DNA of 64,000 nucleotides from Octopus sinensis (Eukaryota), in NCBI RefSeq assembly GCF_006345805.1, contig NC_043009.1, forward strand, positions 66,154,001-66,218,000, given 5' to 3'. Below are positions 1-14,208 of this stretch, one piece after another. A program made the translations under genes and the position numbers. Below the pieces are notes generated by a model. That model had not been told where the DNA came from, did no database searches, and saw only the letters and a list, made by a program, of their open reading frames with translations. Within the stretch, counting starts at the first letter, position 1; each line of letters starts with the position of its first letter.

Positions 1-240
1 GGTCGATAAAATAAGGAGACCAGTTGAACACTAGGGCCGGTGTAATCGACTTAGACCCTTCCCCGGATCTGCTAACCTCGTGCCAAAATTTCAAGCCAAT
101 ATTTGTGGTTCTTTTATAATGGTTTTTGTATTGTTTGTCACAGATGTTATATTTTGTCCATTCTGTACGGAATATTAAACGCTGAACCGGAGGTCAGCTT
201 TTATTTGATGGTTACACTTCAAACTTTTACATTGCAACTA

Positions 241-462
241 GGAAGGCGAACTGGCAGAAACGTTAGCGCGGCGGGGAAAATATGCTTTACCGCATTTCTT
301 CCGATGTGACGTCCTGAGTTCAAATTCCGCAAAAGTCGACTTTGTCTTTCTGCCTTTCGAGGTCAGTAAAAAAGGTACCAGGTGAGTACTGGCAATCGAT
401 GTAATTGACTTACCCTCTCTCACAAAATTTCTGGCATTATGCCAAAATGTGAAACCAGTATT
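241..462 (+). mobile_element. tRNA-derived SINE, family A
   Basis: Head GGCGAACTGGCAGAAACGTTAGC (A-box-like) and GAGTTCAAATTCC (B-box-like), then the body AAGGTACCAG...GATGTAATTGACTTA. The same family recurs about 20 times, including a 3' part at 1-103 and decayed copies near 4195, 5040, 10190, 17445, 18340, 18575, 19140, 20040, 27645 and 48480. Confidence 0.85.
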
Positions 463-642
463 TCACATTGCAGCTGTGTTAAAATTTAATATACATTTCT
501 GATAATTACCTGAATCTTTACATTTTACATTTTTCAGTCAACGGGCTGCAGTGATGCTTGAGCACTACCGTGAAGTTTTTCTCTGTAAAAAAAAATCGAC
601 CACGATCGATGTGACTAATATATACAAATCATGTATAAAATG

Positions 643-800
643 AGCTTCTTTCAGTTTCCGCCTATCAAATCCACTCACGACGCTTTGCTCGGCCCGAGGT
701 TATAATCGAAGACACTTGCCCAAGGTGCCAGGCAGCGGGACTGAACCCAGAATTTTTGTAGCTGGGAAACAAACTACTTACCACACAGCCATTTCTGTGC
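643..800 (-). mobile_element. SINE family B, 5' head only
   Basis: The reverse complement reads GGCTGTGTGGTAAGTAG...GGGTTCAGTCCCGCTGCCTGGCACCTTGGGCAAGTGTCTT...GGAAACTGAAAGAAGCTC and matches the family B heads at 23680-23844 and 49793-49942. Confidence 0.85.
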
Positions 801-840
801 CAAATGTACTTTTGTTATATCTAGCACAAAAGATGTGCTA

Positions 841-897
<57 letters not shown>

Positions 898-955
898 ACA
901 CACATACACACATACACACACAAACACACACACATACACACACATTCACACACAA
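841..955. repeat. (CA)n/(TACA)n microsatellite, representative of dozens in the window
   Basis: Directly visible. Other large tracts are (TA)n at about 1505-1740, 1990-2175, 5935-6375, 12000-12240, 46000-46600 and 47150-47760; (TACA)n at 5467-5578, 12765-12900 and 53070-53450; (CA)n at 25040-25175. Confidence 0.98.
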
Positions 956-1295
956 ACGTTTCTATCACAGTCTTGCTGTATTCTGTCTGTAAATTGTTGT
1001 TTTTGTTTTTGCATAACAACTTTAAATTAAAATTCTTAAATCATAATAGGTTTGGAAAGTTTTAGCACCAATTTCAAATGATCTGTTAAAACCTTATTCA
1101 TAAGAAATGCCTTCGATTAAATAATGTTTGTTGCTGGAATCCTTTGGGACCCATTCGAACAGCTCCAAGAATTTTACGTTCTATTCAGATGTCGCTATTC
1201 TCATGAATAAAACACATATTTCAATTATATTTATGTTCTAAAGTTAATATTTGACTTTCTAAGATAGAATCAATAATGGAGGAATCAGAACTCAC

Positions 1296-1420
1296 TGGGT
1301 GACCTTCTTTCATAACCAACACCATTGCCAGCGGGCAAGCACACGTGCATACACACAAGCAGACGTATCGGGCTGAAGGATAAGCTGACCAAAACTTTGA
1401 AGTTACGGTCCGCAATATTT
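1296..1420 (-). CDS. Candidate internal exon of an unidentified gene (125 nt)
   Basis: Non-repetitive, GC-richer island bounded on the minus strand by tttttaacAG and GTgagt. Two frames are open: (E)ILRTVTSKFWSAYPSARYVCLCVCTCACPLAMVLVMKEGHP and NIADRNFKVLVSLSFSPIRLLVCMHVCLPAGNGVGYERRSP. No family was recognised. Confidence 0.3.
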
Positions 1421-1542
1421 CTGTTAAAAATGATAAATATATACTCCACAAAATGTATTGAGTACTCCCCCAGTTTAATGCAAAATTGCTTTTTTATAAC
1501 TCGACATAATATATATGTATACGTATATATACATATATATAC

Positions 1543-1586
<44 letters not shown>

Positions 1587-1592
1587 TATATA

Positions 1593-1647
<55 letters not shown>

Positions 1648-2021
1648 GTATGTATGTACGTATGTATGTATATGTATATAATATTATATATATATATATA
1701 GATAATATATATATATACACATGTATATAAATATTTGTATGCACATACACACGCGCACACACACATGCACACACACGCAGACACAACTTGTTCAAAATTG
1801 TACAACAAACAGATGACAGAGGAAACAACAAACAAGCTGTATTAGTGTGAAATTCAAGAAAAATGAGTGTTTGACGTTTCGAACCTACGCTTTTTTTCAG
1901 AAAAGAACGAGTAGAGAAAACAGATGGGGAGAAGAAAAGGAAGGGAGAGGGAAAAAGGTGTCTGGATTATGTTTGCCACGTGTTGTTTTATATAATATAT
2001 ATACATATATATATATATAAG

Positions 2022-2064
<43 letters not shown>

Positions 2065-2101
2065 ATATATATATGTTATATATATATAATATATAAATAT
2101 A

Positions 2102-2134
<33 letters not shown>

Positions 2135-2861
2135 ATTATATATATATATATTATATATATATATATTATATATACAAGACGGGCTTAGCAGCAACGGGAA
2201 TTGAACTCTAAATCATAAAGCTAAGAAGTGAACGTCTTAATCATGCGCTGTTACTGATTATAGACAAAGTCGGTTCCGTTATCTCCATCCAAAGACGAGT
2301 ATCGATAACCGAATCGTGTCTGCTTCTCTTTTATTATTCCAGGAACTCCTGAAGCTATAAAGTCTAAACATCTTATTGATTATCTTAAGTAAAATGCAAA
2401 ATAGATTCCTCTGTTGGTTTTCGACATTTTGATTTCCTAAACAAGATTATTTTGGACATTAAATATGCGGAACTGTTCTATTCAAAATGTTTTATTGCTT
2501 ACCGTGTTGTAACAAGCGTTAAATGAAAAATGGAAATATGTTATGTAATGGAAGCATCGTAATCACCACGACCTCCTCGGAGTAATTATTGTATTACTAA
2601 GTAACCATGTGTGTGTGTGTGTGTTTAAACATCTTTATTTTACACCATGCAGTTTGTGAAGTATAGAGCCGTAGTTACGGAATTCCATTGAAGCAGTGAC
2701 TGGTTTGCAACATTTCCAGTAGTAACAGTTACAAGAGAGTACCTGCGTAGTCAGGGCAGAGTAGACATAACAAATACTTTCGCTGGAGAGCACATTGATT
2801 TATAGAAAATGTGACATTTTGGCCTGTGTGTGGCTCTACCCGCTCACACACACACATATGC

Positions 2862-2914
<53 letters not shown>

Positions 2915-3169
2915 AACTTACTCATACACACATACGAGGAACTTCCAAACACTACTCAAATTCATTCACAAGATTTTGGTGAACATAAGTTTCTAGTCGA
3001 GTCCAGTCTACTTTCCCAATGCACTGCGCCGTAGATTCGATCCCACAACTCTATGGTTGCAAACCGAATTTCTTAACCTTTTAGCCATGCCTGTCGTTTT
3101 ATTCACGAGTTGATTGTTTTGATTATCTTTGGGTCAAATATTTCTTCCGATTAATTCCCCTCTTATTGT

Positions 3170-3544
3170 TATCTTTTATCTTTTACTTGTTTCAGTCATC
3201 TGACTGTGGCCATGCTGGGGCACCGCCTTGAATAATTTTAGCTGAATAATCGACCACAGCACTTTCCCCTTAAAGCTGGTACGTATTCTAACGGTCTCAT
3301 AGGCCGAACTGCTAATTACGGGGATGTAAAAACACCAACACCGGTTATCAGATGGTGGTGGAGGAGGCATATAAAGAATGCACACATACACACACACACA
3401 CACACACACCAAAAGCAACACAGATACGTATATATGCGACAGGCTTCTTTCAATTTCCGTCTGAGGCCATAGTAGAGGTGGGATTGAACTGAGAACTATC
3501 CAAATGGGAAGCAGGCTTCTTGCCACACAGCCACACCTGCGCCC
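3170..3544 (-). mobile_element. SINE family B, near full length with internal microsatellite
   Basis: Tail at 3170-3365 (rc of GGCGGTGCCCCAGCATGGCCACAGTCAGATGACTGAAACAAGTAAAAGATAAAAGAT), (CA)n spacer at about 3380-3435, and a partly deleted head at 3436-3544. Confidence 0.85.
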
Positions 3545-4499
3545 ATTGTTTATGATTAAGCGGAAAATAATCTTTTCCATTCCAAAAACGTATGTATATA
3601 TGTATGTTTGTTTCTTTGTATGTGTATATATATATATATGTATATGTATATGTGTGTATACACATACATATATATATACACATGTGTGTGTATATATATA
3701 TATATATATTATACACACACGTGCACACGCACATACACACAACCACTGCAATCGTGTGTATATTCAGGGATAGTAAGCAATTTGTGAATTGAACTTAGAG
3801 CTCTGCCTCCAGCCATTGATGAAACACTGCTTTGGAGCGCAAGGACAACGGCCATTTCTTTTAGACACAAACGGAAATGGTTGTTGGTGTTATCTTTCAT
3901 TTGTTTCTACAGCGAGGTTAGAAAGAGAGAAAGGCCACTCTCTCTATTTTAGGTCTTCCAAGGCTGATGACAAGAAGAGGAAGGCTAAGGCGTAATCCGA
4001 AATCAGTTGTAAGCGAATGGACTCGCTAAAAGTAACCAGGGACCAAGTGGAAGTGTTAGCCCCGGGTGATAGATTAAGTCCACCACCTAAGAATTCAAGG
4101 CGTAAAATACTCAGAATACATACGGTGAGGCAGTATTTCCGATGCTCAAACAATTCCGCCTGTCCATCAGCCTGGATTGGCACGGTAGGTTATTGAACAT
4201 GAAAAGATGAAAGACAAAGTTGAATCCGATGGATTTGAACACAGAGGAGCAATGAACCGGAACAAATGCCACAAAGTACTTTGTCATGCGCTCTACCGAT
4301 TCTGCTAATTCGCTGGCTGCTTTTGTTGTTGTTGTAATATCAAAGTCCCTCCCAATAAAATAAACGAAGTTGTTTCAGCTGCAACCATTCCACACCGGAC
4401 CATCTCAAACTAACATTGTTTAATGAATTCTTCTCTCTCTTTTTATGATGGCAATACATGATTTTAGGCAAATCGGAAGGCAGCTTCTTCGATATCAAA

Positions 4500-4733
4500 G
4501 GTCGGTGAGCTGGCAGAATCGTTAGTACGCCGGGCGAAATGCTTAGCGGTATTTCGTCTGCCGTTATGTCCTGAGTTCATGTTCCGCCGAGGTCTACTTT
4601 GCCTTTCATTCTTTCGGAATCGATTAAATAAGTACCAGTTAGACATTGGGGTCGATGTAATCGACTTAATCCCTTTGTCTGTCCTTGTTTGTCCCCTCTG
4701 TGTTTAGCCCATTGTGGGCAATAAAGAAATAAA
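4500..4733 (+). mobile_element. SINE family A variant with an L1/Tx1-like 3' tail
   Basis: Family A head and body followed by CCCTTTGTCTGTCCTTGTTTGTCCCCTCTGTGTTTAGCCCATTGTGGGCAATAAAGAAAT. A second copy with this tail lies at 51415-51608. Confidence 0.85.
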
Positions 4734-6031
4734 TGTATTCTGCGTTGCTTCTATATACAATAAGTAAATTCATGGAGACTTCGAAGTTTGTTGCCTCAAC
4801 ACGGTTCCTCTATTAATAATGAAGTGAAGGAAGTACTATCATGATATAAGGTCTGTTTTGGGTGTCTAAACGAGGAGGATGTCACTTCCTAGATTTGGCT
4901 GGAATTGAATTCTTGTTGATAGTCAAAAGACGTAGATAGACAGATAAATAGATAGAGAAAGAAAGAGACAGAGAGAGAAAGAAGGGGGGAGCGAGACAGA
5001 CAAACAAATAGACAGAGACAAAAAGAAAAAGACAGAAGATGAATCGACCACAGTATTGGCCTGGTACTTTATTTATCGAACCTGTAGGTGTGAAAAGTAG
5101 AGCTGGCCTCGAATGAATTTGAAAAATTCCGTGCATTAAGTCGGAACAAATATATAAGATGAAGCGTTCTAACCGACACTTTAAAGGCCCTGCCAATTCG
5201 ACGCCAAAATAATGTTACAACTATCGATTAAATCAATACAGTCTCTGAAATTGGTACTTTACCTAAAACGGGACAGTTAAAGAGTAAAATCCAAATCAGT
5301 GGGGCTTCGGTTTAGAAACACTGAAGAGCGAATTGTTAAATATGGAGTAAAAAGGAAAGAAGCAAAAATGGCGTCGAGCGAAATACTTAACCGTTTCTGC
5401 CGAACTGATAAATTTCGTGAAAAAAAAACAAAAACAAAAATAAAACTATTAATCATGATATAAAGATACATACATACATGCATACGTTCATACATACATA
5501 CATACATGCATGCATACATACATACATACATACATACATACATACATACATACATACATACATACATACATACATACATTTGTATGTTTGTATATAAATC
5601 CTTTTTTATTCTGCTTCATAATATGAATTACATTGATTAAATATTTCAAAAAAATACATCTATGAAAAATAAACAAAAAAAAAAGCGAGAAATATCTGTA
5701 AACAAATTTACCGGCACAATCCTACACAGCCACACTCCGCTTAATATTATCTCCTCAGTTTTCATAAACACACACATTACTACACGTCGCTAAGACTACC
5801 CACCCTCTTCTCCATTGTACCCCGTTAAGACAATATAACCTTCACCTCACCGAGACTAGGAATTCATGTGATTTACTTATCTATATTAAAGAAACGTAGC
5901 TTTAATCTCTTTCCTTCTATTGGCCTTTCTCTTTATATATACATATACATATATATATATTTATATGTATATATATATATGTAATATATATAATATATGT
6001 ACATATATATATTTATATGTATATATATATG

Positions 6032-6074
<43 letters not shown>

Positions 6075-6324
6075 GTATATATATGTATATATATGCACAC
6101 ACATATATAATATGTGTGTATGTATGTATGTGTGTATATATAGTATGTATATTTATGCATGTATCTATGTATCTATTCATATATCTAACTATATCTCTGA
6201 TTGTGTCTCACTATCTCCCCATAATATATAAATATATATATATAATATATATATATATGTATATATGTGTATAAATGTGTATATATATATATTAATATAT
6301 ATATATAATATATATATATATATG

Positions 6325-6355
<31 letters not shown>

Positions 6356-6450
6356 ATACACACACACATATATTTATATATATAATATGAAACAGCTTCA
6401 TTACATTATAGGTATACTTTAAATGCAGATCAGTACCTATGAATCACTAA

Positions 6451-6851
<401 letters not shown>

Positions 6852-7358
6852 ATTATATAGATACTTAGACGTCAGACAGATATATAGCCGGAGTTATACA
6901 TACTTACACACACATATACACGCGTACATACATATATACATACATACATACAACACACACACCACACACACACACACACACACACTCACGTGATGAGGTA
7001 ACAAACGTTTCTTTGTTTTCCTATCATATTCCAATTTTTACATATCACATTTCTAATGTGTTTTGTCTTTTTTGTTTTTTGTATGCTTGTGTATAATATT
7101 CTGTTTTATTTTATTGAAGCCGCAATAATAAAAAAGCAAATACAATCGTATTTATTACCTTTACTATATTTCATTGTATTTTAGTCTCACTAAAATCTAA
7201 TAAACCTTAGAAAAAACACATTTCACGTAAAGTCTTTTATTGACAATGGTAACGTTACTCCATAGAAATGGTTTGCCTCGTACACGAACGTACAGCTGTG
7301 TGTTTAAGCAATTTTGCAGCTTTGTAGCTATGAGGAAAAAAAACAAAGTCAAAGAATA

Positions 7359-7404
<46 letters not shown>

Positions 7405-7678
7405 ATACATACATGCGCACATTATACATGCATATAGACATATGTACACATGCGTACACACACACACACACACACATATATATGTGTGTGTGTATGTATG
7501 TATGTATGTATGTATGTATATATGTATGTATGTATGCATTTATGTATATGTATGTATGTATATATATATATATATATATACACACACATGCACAAAAGTT
7601 ATTTATGTATATACATATATACACGTAACATATGAATACATACGCAAGTGTACACTTGTATACGACGCTCTATATGCA

Positions 7679-7709
<31 letters not shown>

Positions 7710-7743
7710 ATATGTATATATATATATATATATATAATATGTA

Positions 7744-7794
<51 letters not shown>

Positions 7795-8527
7795 TATATA
7801 TATATATATATATGTCTGTATGCAATCTACCAATGTATATCTGTCAATTTGTGCAGCTGTCTGTCTCTATCTCTCTCTTTCTCTCTTTTTCTTTCTATCT
7901 TTCTCTCTCTCTCTCTTTCTTTCTCTCTTTCTCTTTCTCTCTCTCACTTTCTTTCTCTCTTTCTCTCTCTCTTTATATATGTATGTATGTGTATGTGTGT
8001 GTGTGTTTAAAAGAGTGAGAGGGTAGGGAGAGATGGAGAGAGAAGGAGAGAGGAAGAGTTAGAGATATTGATGAATTTCAATCTCACTCACACTGACATA
8101 CAAATATGCGCATGCGCAAGAAACTACGTAGATGTGCAACGTCTCAGCATAAAGACGATAGAATTCATAAAGAAAATGCAATCGGTCCAGAGATAGGTTG
8201 CGAGTTCAAATTCCCGTCCGTAGGAGTCTCTGCTCGTGTTTATATGTCTAAATGTTTGCGTCTATACGCACACCACACATACTCACAACAACACACATAC
8301 ATGCATCCACATTCACACACCCACACATATACACAAACACATACTTATTTATGGATTCATCTCGATGAATATCATATTTATATATGTATATATATGAACG
8401 TACGTACATACATACTTTAAAGTATTAATACATATTCAATGTATGTGTGTATACATATGTGTCATACATCCATATACATATATATATATAAACAAACAGA
8501 CAAACAGACAGACAGATGGATAGATAC

Positions 8528-8890
8528 GTTTCTTTATTGGCCAGATAGGGCTGAGAACAGAGGAGAGAAAATACAAAGTAGAGCTTTTCTTTTTTGTAAG
8601 AGAACAAAGGTGGGTTAGAAATTCAATCAAAAGGGATGGTAGAATGAAAGAAAAAACAAAAAGCTGATCAAATAGGGATCATATATCACAGAAATATCAT
8701 AATGCAAAAGGGGAAACAGAGTAGGTTTATCTGTGGAAAGAAAAGCCTACGGAAAAGACCACGGTAACCTCGGGCAATAGTGTCATGCAAAAATAATAAA
8801 TTACAGTAAGTGACTCTTTTTTTTCTTTCTTTTTCTGGTTTATAGGATTATGCTCAAGGTGGCTCCGTCATTCACACGTGCCATCCTTGC

Positions 8891-8893
<3 letters not shown>
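8528..8893 (-). mobile_element. 5'-truncated non-LTR retrotransposon 3' end (L1/Tx1-like, tentative) inside (GATA)n
   Basis: The minus strand reads LARMARVNDGATLSIIL* (8839-8893), then a T-rich 3' UTR ending CAGCCCTATCTGGCCAATAAAGAAAC followed by TATC repeats. TATC/GATA repeats flank both sides. Confidence 0.5.
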
Positions 8894-8981
<88 letters not shown>

Positions 8982-9159
8982 GTAGAATGATTATTAGATA
9001 ATTAGCAATCTATCTTTTTATATATTGGTCACTGTAAATTCAAACTAGATATATTAAACGTATTTCATTTTTCTTCATTATAAACAGAAAGAACGCAATA
9101 TTTCTATTGAAGCATATTTGAGACCTAAGATACAAAACGAAAGTATTTATATATGAATA

Positions 9160-9564
9160 CTAGCAGTATCGCCCGGCGTTGCTCGGGTTTCTTTCGACCC
9201 TTTAGAATTGGAATTTTTGAAAAGTAAAAATTTTGCATTATGTAGCTTGTTATTTTCTTTAAGTGAATATTTTTCTGGTTGAAATACACTGAAAAATGAC
9301 GATACAGCAGACAAAAAATCGTAAAAAATAGGGATTTTCATAGAGAAAATGCACCTTTTTAATGTAAATAATTTTTGGTGTTAACATGGTCCGATTTGAA
9401 TTTTTTCTTCTACGGAAGGAAGAACAAGCTTTCTTCTATCATACTCTCAGTTTTGGTCAACTTGTGCCGCAGGGTCTCGGAGAAGATAATGTTAGTTGAA
9501 AACTACCAAACCTGCCATACACAGACAACCTCAGCTTTATATATATATATATATATATATATGA
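9160..9564 (-). mobile_element. Non-autonomous Helitron-like element
   Basis: The minus strand starts TC-ATATATA...AAAGCTGAGGTTGTCTGTG and ends with the hairpin ACCCGAGCAACGCCGGGC, then GATACTG, then CTAG followed by T. This is the 5'-TC ... hairpin-CTRR-3' layout of Helitrons. Confidence 0.6.
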
Positions 9565-9602
9565 ATACAGACTGGATTATATTATAGAGTGCCGCCATTT
9601 AC

Positions 9603-9710
9603 GTAAAATGTTCCGCTCTTGCCCTCTATGTATAGCAGAAAAATGCAGCATACTGCGTAATAAAGGCTCATCCACAGCACCTCAGCTGAAGTGATATAAC
9701 GTTGCAGATA
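9603..9710 (-). CDS. Candidate in-frame exon (108 nt) encoding a hydrophobic segment, unidentified
   Basis: Minus strand ...aattcctccAG | YLQRYITSAEVLWMSLYYAVCCIFLLYIEGKSGTFY | GTaaat. Only one frame is open (phase 0-0). It could be a chance arrangement. Confidence 0.2.
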
Positions 9711-11249
9711 CTGGAGGAATTTGGTCAGAATAGTAATAATGTAAATATCTAAAGGCAAAATAAGAGGACAGATTGCAGTATTTCTTTATCTGAAATAAAA
9801 TTTCTTTAAGTACCCCTAAAATAAATTATTTGTTTCCTGAGAATCGTGCTTCCTCCTTACGTCGAGCCGGACAAACGTAATACGGCGAATACGAACACAA
9901 ACACTCAGATTAATCATTAGTAGAAATAGATACATCAATAAATCGCTGGTGTTATATATGTTCATATCTATGTGTATGCGTAGGTATACGCATATATGAA
10001 TACATCCCCACCATTAGTACTTTTTTGTTAAGTGCATCTGGTAAACAGTACGAACTGTGTCTAAGGCGGATACGCACAGTGTGTATCACCCCGCTATCCA
10101 TATACAGTTTGTAAACATGCCAAGTAAATAAACACATAGAATCATAATACTGCCTTCAGTGAGTTGTTTATTGTCCCAACACAAACCGAAAGAATACATA
10201 ACTGTTGGTATGAGTTTTACAATAATTCCTGAAACGATCAGTTATTCTTTACCTTTCACACCCTCGATCTTATAATCTGCACCTGGAATTCAAGAATTTC
10301 GCATTCGGTCAGTAATTACAGATTGACTCGAAACAAGGTTTCTCTGTATACGCTGGGAACGACAATTAAATTTTTATAATTTGTCCTTGATTTTGAAGAA
10401 ATGTGTGACTTTCTTGTTACATTTTTGTTTCTACTGATCACATGTTGCTCACGTGGTCGCTGGTTCTGCTAGAAATTTGTTGGAAATCGTACTGTTGTCC
10501 TTTGGCTTAAAGAAATCGGTATTTGGGGTCGATTCATCGACAAAAATTCCTTAAAGCTTTTGCCCCAGCACAGCCGCAGTCTAATGATTGAAACAGGCAA
10601 AAGAGTAAACGATAAAAGATAAACGATAAACAACGAGATTAAATTCTTAAACAAAGAGAAGAGACAAGAGAAGATGGAAAGCAATTGGCGCACTCTGCTG
10701 GGTAAATCAAACAACCATTAAAGGAGGTGCCTCGGCATAGATTTAGCTATCATGGCAGAATCAAACTAAAGACCTACACGCATACACATACAGATACATA
10801 TAGACATATACGTACACACCAACATACACTTAGATACAACGTAGATGCACACGCACACACACACACGCGCACGCATACACGCCCACACACAACGAAAGTG
10901 TTTTTACTGGAAATTGCTGAATGACTTCTAAAACCTATCAATCGATGTTTAATCAGCAATTTTGCTGATCATTAAAATAATCTTGTCCTCGCTGAAGGAT
11001 TTTATTTGGGTTTTAATAACAATTTTGTCTTCCCTCTCTCCGATAAGAGCACATGAAACTGAGCAGAGACCATAAACTTAATCTATAAGAGAGTGAAGTC
11101 GCTTAATATCTTTCTGTGTCGTAAGCTTTCGTTCTGAAGATCACAGGCAGGTTCGATCCACCATTTATTTTATATGCTTCCAATTCCTTTCTGAATTTTA
11201 ACCCGAGAGTTTGGGTCAAGTGGACCCATAAATATTTATTTTGACAAAG

Positions 11250-11465
11250 TTGCTTACATAGGTCTTCTTCTTGCACGAATAAATAATATGCTTCCTATTA
11301 GCGTCAAACCAGTCATTGCCTTTGGGTCTTGTAATCTTCTCAAGATATTTAGAAATTTGCTGAACCTTGCTTTTGAAGTCAGTCCATTTGGGAATATCCA
11401 CAAGTGAATTAAAACCCTGCTCTAAATCTTGTCTAACGGAATTTTCCTTTAGTTTGGAACTGCCT
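11250..11465 (-). mobile_element. RTE-like LINE ORF fragment (endonuclease-RT linker region)
   Basis: Translates to ...DIPKWTDFKSKVQQISKYLEKITRPKGNDWFDANRKHIIYSCKKK, resembling the recalled RTE motif W..FK..I......LG...R...DWFD.N..EI..L...K. Confidence 0.5.
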
Positions 11466-11469
11466 GCTC

Positions 11470-11700
11470 TAAGAATTGAATGTGCAAGTGGCCGAGCACT
11501 CCACAGACACGTGTACCCTTAACGTAGCTCTCAGGGAGATTCAGTGTGACACAGAATGTGACAAGGCAGGCCGTTTGAATTACAGGTACTACTCACTTTT
11601 GCGAGCTGAGTGCACTGGGGTAACGTGAAATAAAGTGTCTTGCTCGAGCCCAATGCCCAAACCACTAAGCCGAAATACCAGCGAACCCATTTGACTAGAA
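11470..11700 (-). mobile_element. SINE fragment sharing the family C 3' tail
   Basis: GTGGCCGAGCACTCCACAGACACGTGTACCCTTAACGTAGCTCTCAGGGAGATTCAGTGTGACACAG matches family C at 36918-36990, but the 5' part differs. Confidence 0.7.
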
Positions 11701-12025
11701 TAGGTCCTACTTTGTCGAGTAAAACTGGCGGCATGTTTCATTATCCAGTTTCTGAAAAGAGACAGTAATGATGATCCGATGCTGCCTTGCAAAATCACAG
11801 CTGCTTTGGAATTTCTGACGCTTTGAACGAACCGAGACGTGAATCGGGCAAATCAGTTTGGATTCGCTAATCTCTATGGAAAGATAAGAATAACCCCGCA
11901 GAACACAAATGTATCATACAAAAGCTGTGAGACATATTTATAACATACATACATACATACATACATATTTTAATATTTATATTTATACACATAAATACAT
12001 ATATATATGTGTGTATACATATATA

Positions 12026-12068
<43 letters not shown>

Positions 12069-12087
12069 CATATACATATATATATAT

Positions 12088-12135
<48 letters not shown>

Positions 12136-12156
12136 ATATACATTATATAAATATAT

Positions 12157-12192
<36 letters not shown>

Positions 12193-12552
12193 TATATATA
12201 TACATATAAACATATACATATATATACATAGATGCAAATATACACACATAAGTTGCATGTGTGTAAATACACGTGCGCATACACAGACTTAGATTTACAT
12301 GGGAGAGTAAAAATACGCATTGCGTTAAGAACAGTTCCGATGTGTTTTTTGGGGGGGATTTTTTTTTTAATCATTAGAAGACGAAAACTTCTTAACGCTG
12401 TTATTTCAAATTTCCTGTTTACACTTATCACTCGCTAAGTAGAAACACCAAACTCGAAATTACAGCGCCAAGGTTTTTTTGGCTTATGATGATGAAGAAG
12501 ATGATGATGACTATGATGATGATGATTATAATAATAGAAGCAGCAACATATA

Positions 12553-12610
<58 letters not shown>

Positions 12611-13481
12611 TACATATATATATACATATATATATATATAATATATATATATATACATATATATACATTATACGTACATATGTATAATATATACATATAT
12701 ATACATGATACATATATGTATATATATATATAATGCACACACAATACGTATATTTATACAACAACTACATACATACATGCATACATGCATGCATGCATAC
12801 ATACATACATACATACATACATACATACATACATACATACATACATACATACATACATACATACATACATACATACATGCCCGCATACATACATATATAC
12901 ATAGAAGTAAATTACGCCGGAGCACGTATTTCTTTTCCGAACAGGATTCGCTATTCTTCTTTTTTCATTTGTTCCTATTCTCTTTCATCGACGGTAACGG
13001 AAAATACAAACATTAGAGGAAAGAAAAAACACAAAATGGACGGAGGTGGGAAGACTAACTGATTGATAGCCTAATGTTACTGTTGAAATTACAAGTTTCT
13101 AGGATTAGCATACTTTATATTCTTCGTCTGTGGCATTTCCCTAAGAACTTCCTCCTAGCGTCATGCTACGTAGCCAATCACAAACACTAAATTGTATTTA
13201 TACCACACACACACATAACACACACATATACACACACACAAACACACATACATATGCAGAGCTATTTGCATATTTATATATATTTGTATATACAGATATG
13301 CAGCATTCTGTATGTGCAAGTATAATTATATAGACTATACACCCTGCACACATAAACACATATGCATGCATTCTCGCACATACATACATGCATATATATA
13401 TATATATATATAATAATATATATATATATTATACATACGGTGATGTATATTATACTATATATATTAAATATAAATATATAT

Positions 13482-13540
<59 letters not shown>

Positions 13541-13994
13541 TATATGTCAGTATACATACAAGTGCGCATAAGTAGGCACTCACATACAGGCATATACACA
13601 TACATAAACATGTGTACTTTCACCAAAACATATACGCACACATGTAAAACATATATATCGTTGATTGCAAATTGGTATTTACAAATATATGTTTAATACA
13701 TATGTGGAGGTGTGTGTTTGGGGGATGTATATTTGTTTATATATTTGCGTGTGTGTGTGTGTATATATATATATATTATATATATAGAGAGAGAGAGGAG
13801 AGATGTGTGTGTGTATGTGTGTGCGCGCGTGTGTGTATGGATATGCGTTTAAATATATTTACACTCTTTTTGCAGACATTCATACATAATTAGAAACAAA
13901 TAAATGATTTATGTTGCACACATACAGGAATATACAAAACTCACTCTCATGCACATACATATACGTAATGTATACATGTAATGTTATATATATA

Positions 13995-14101
<107 letters not shown>

Positions 14102-14208
14102 GTGTGTGTGTATATGTATAAGGCTGAAAAGGAACACACGAGTTGATATATATGAAAAAAAACAAGTCAAGATAGAAAATGCTTAAAATAATTTTGTAAA
14201 GAACATTT

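Noticed and set aside
2743-2782. 40-nt minus-strand micro-exon candidate, with a fleeting resemblance of the joined peptide to SLC6 or nicotinic-receptor transmembrane segments
   Set aside because: Too short and the donor (GTactc) is weak. The family resemblance does not hold at diagnostic residues. It is kept only as part of a hedged finding.
3963-4012. CTGATGA ... GAAATCAGTTGTA hammerhead-like spacing
   Set aside because: No credible stem I or stem II can be formed.
11711-11873. Minus-strand AG/GT-bounded open frame (ISESKLICPIHVSVRSKRQ...)
   Set aside because: Abuts a SINE, resembles no known protein and is out of phase with the next candidate exon.
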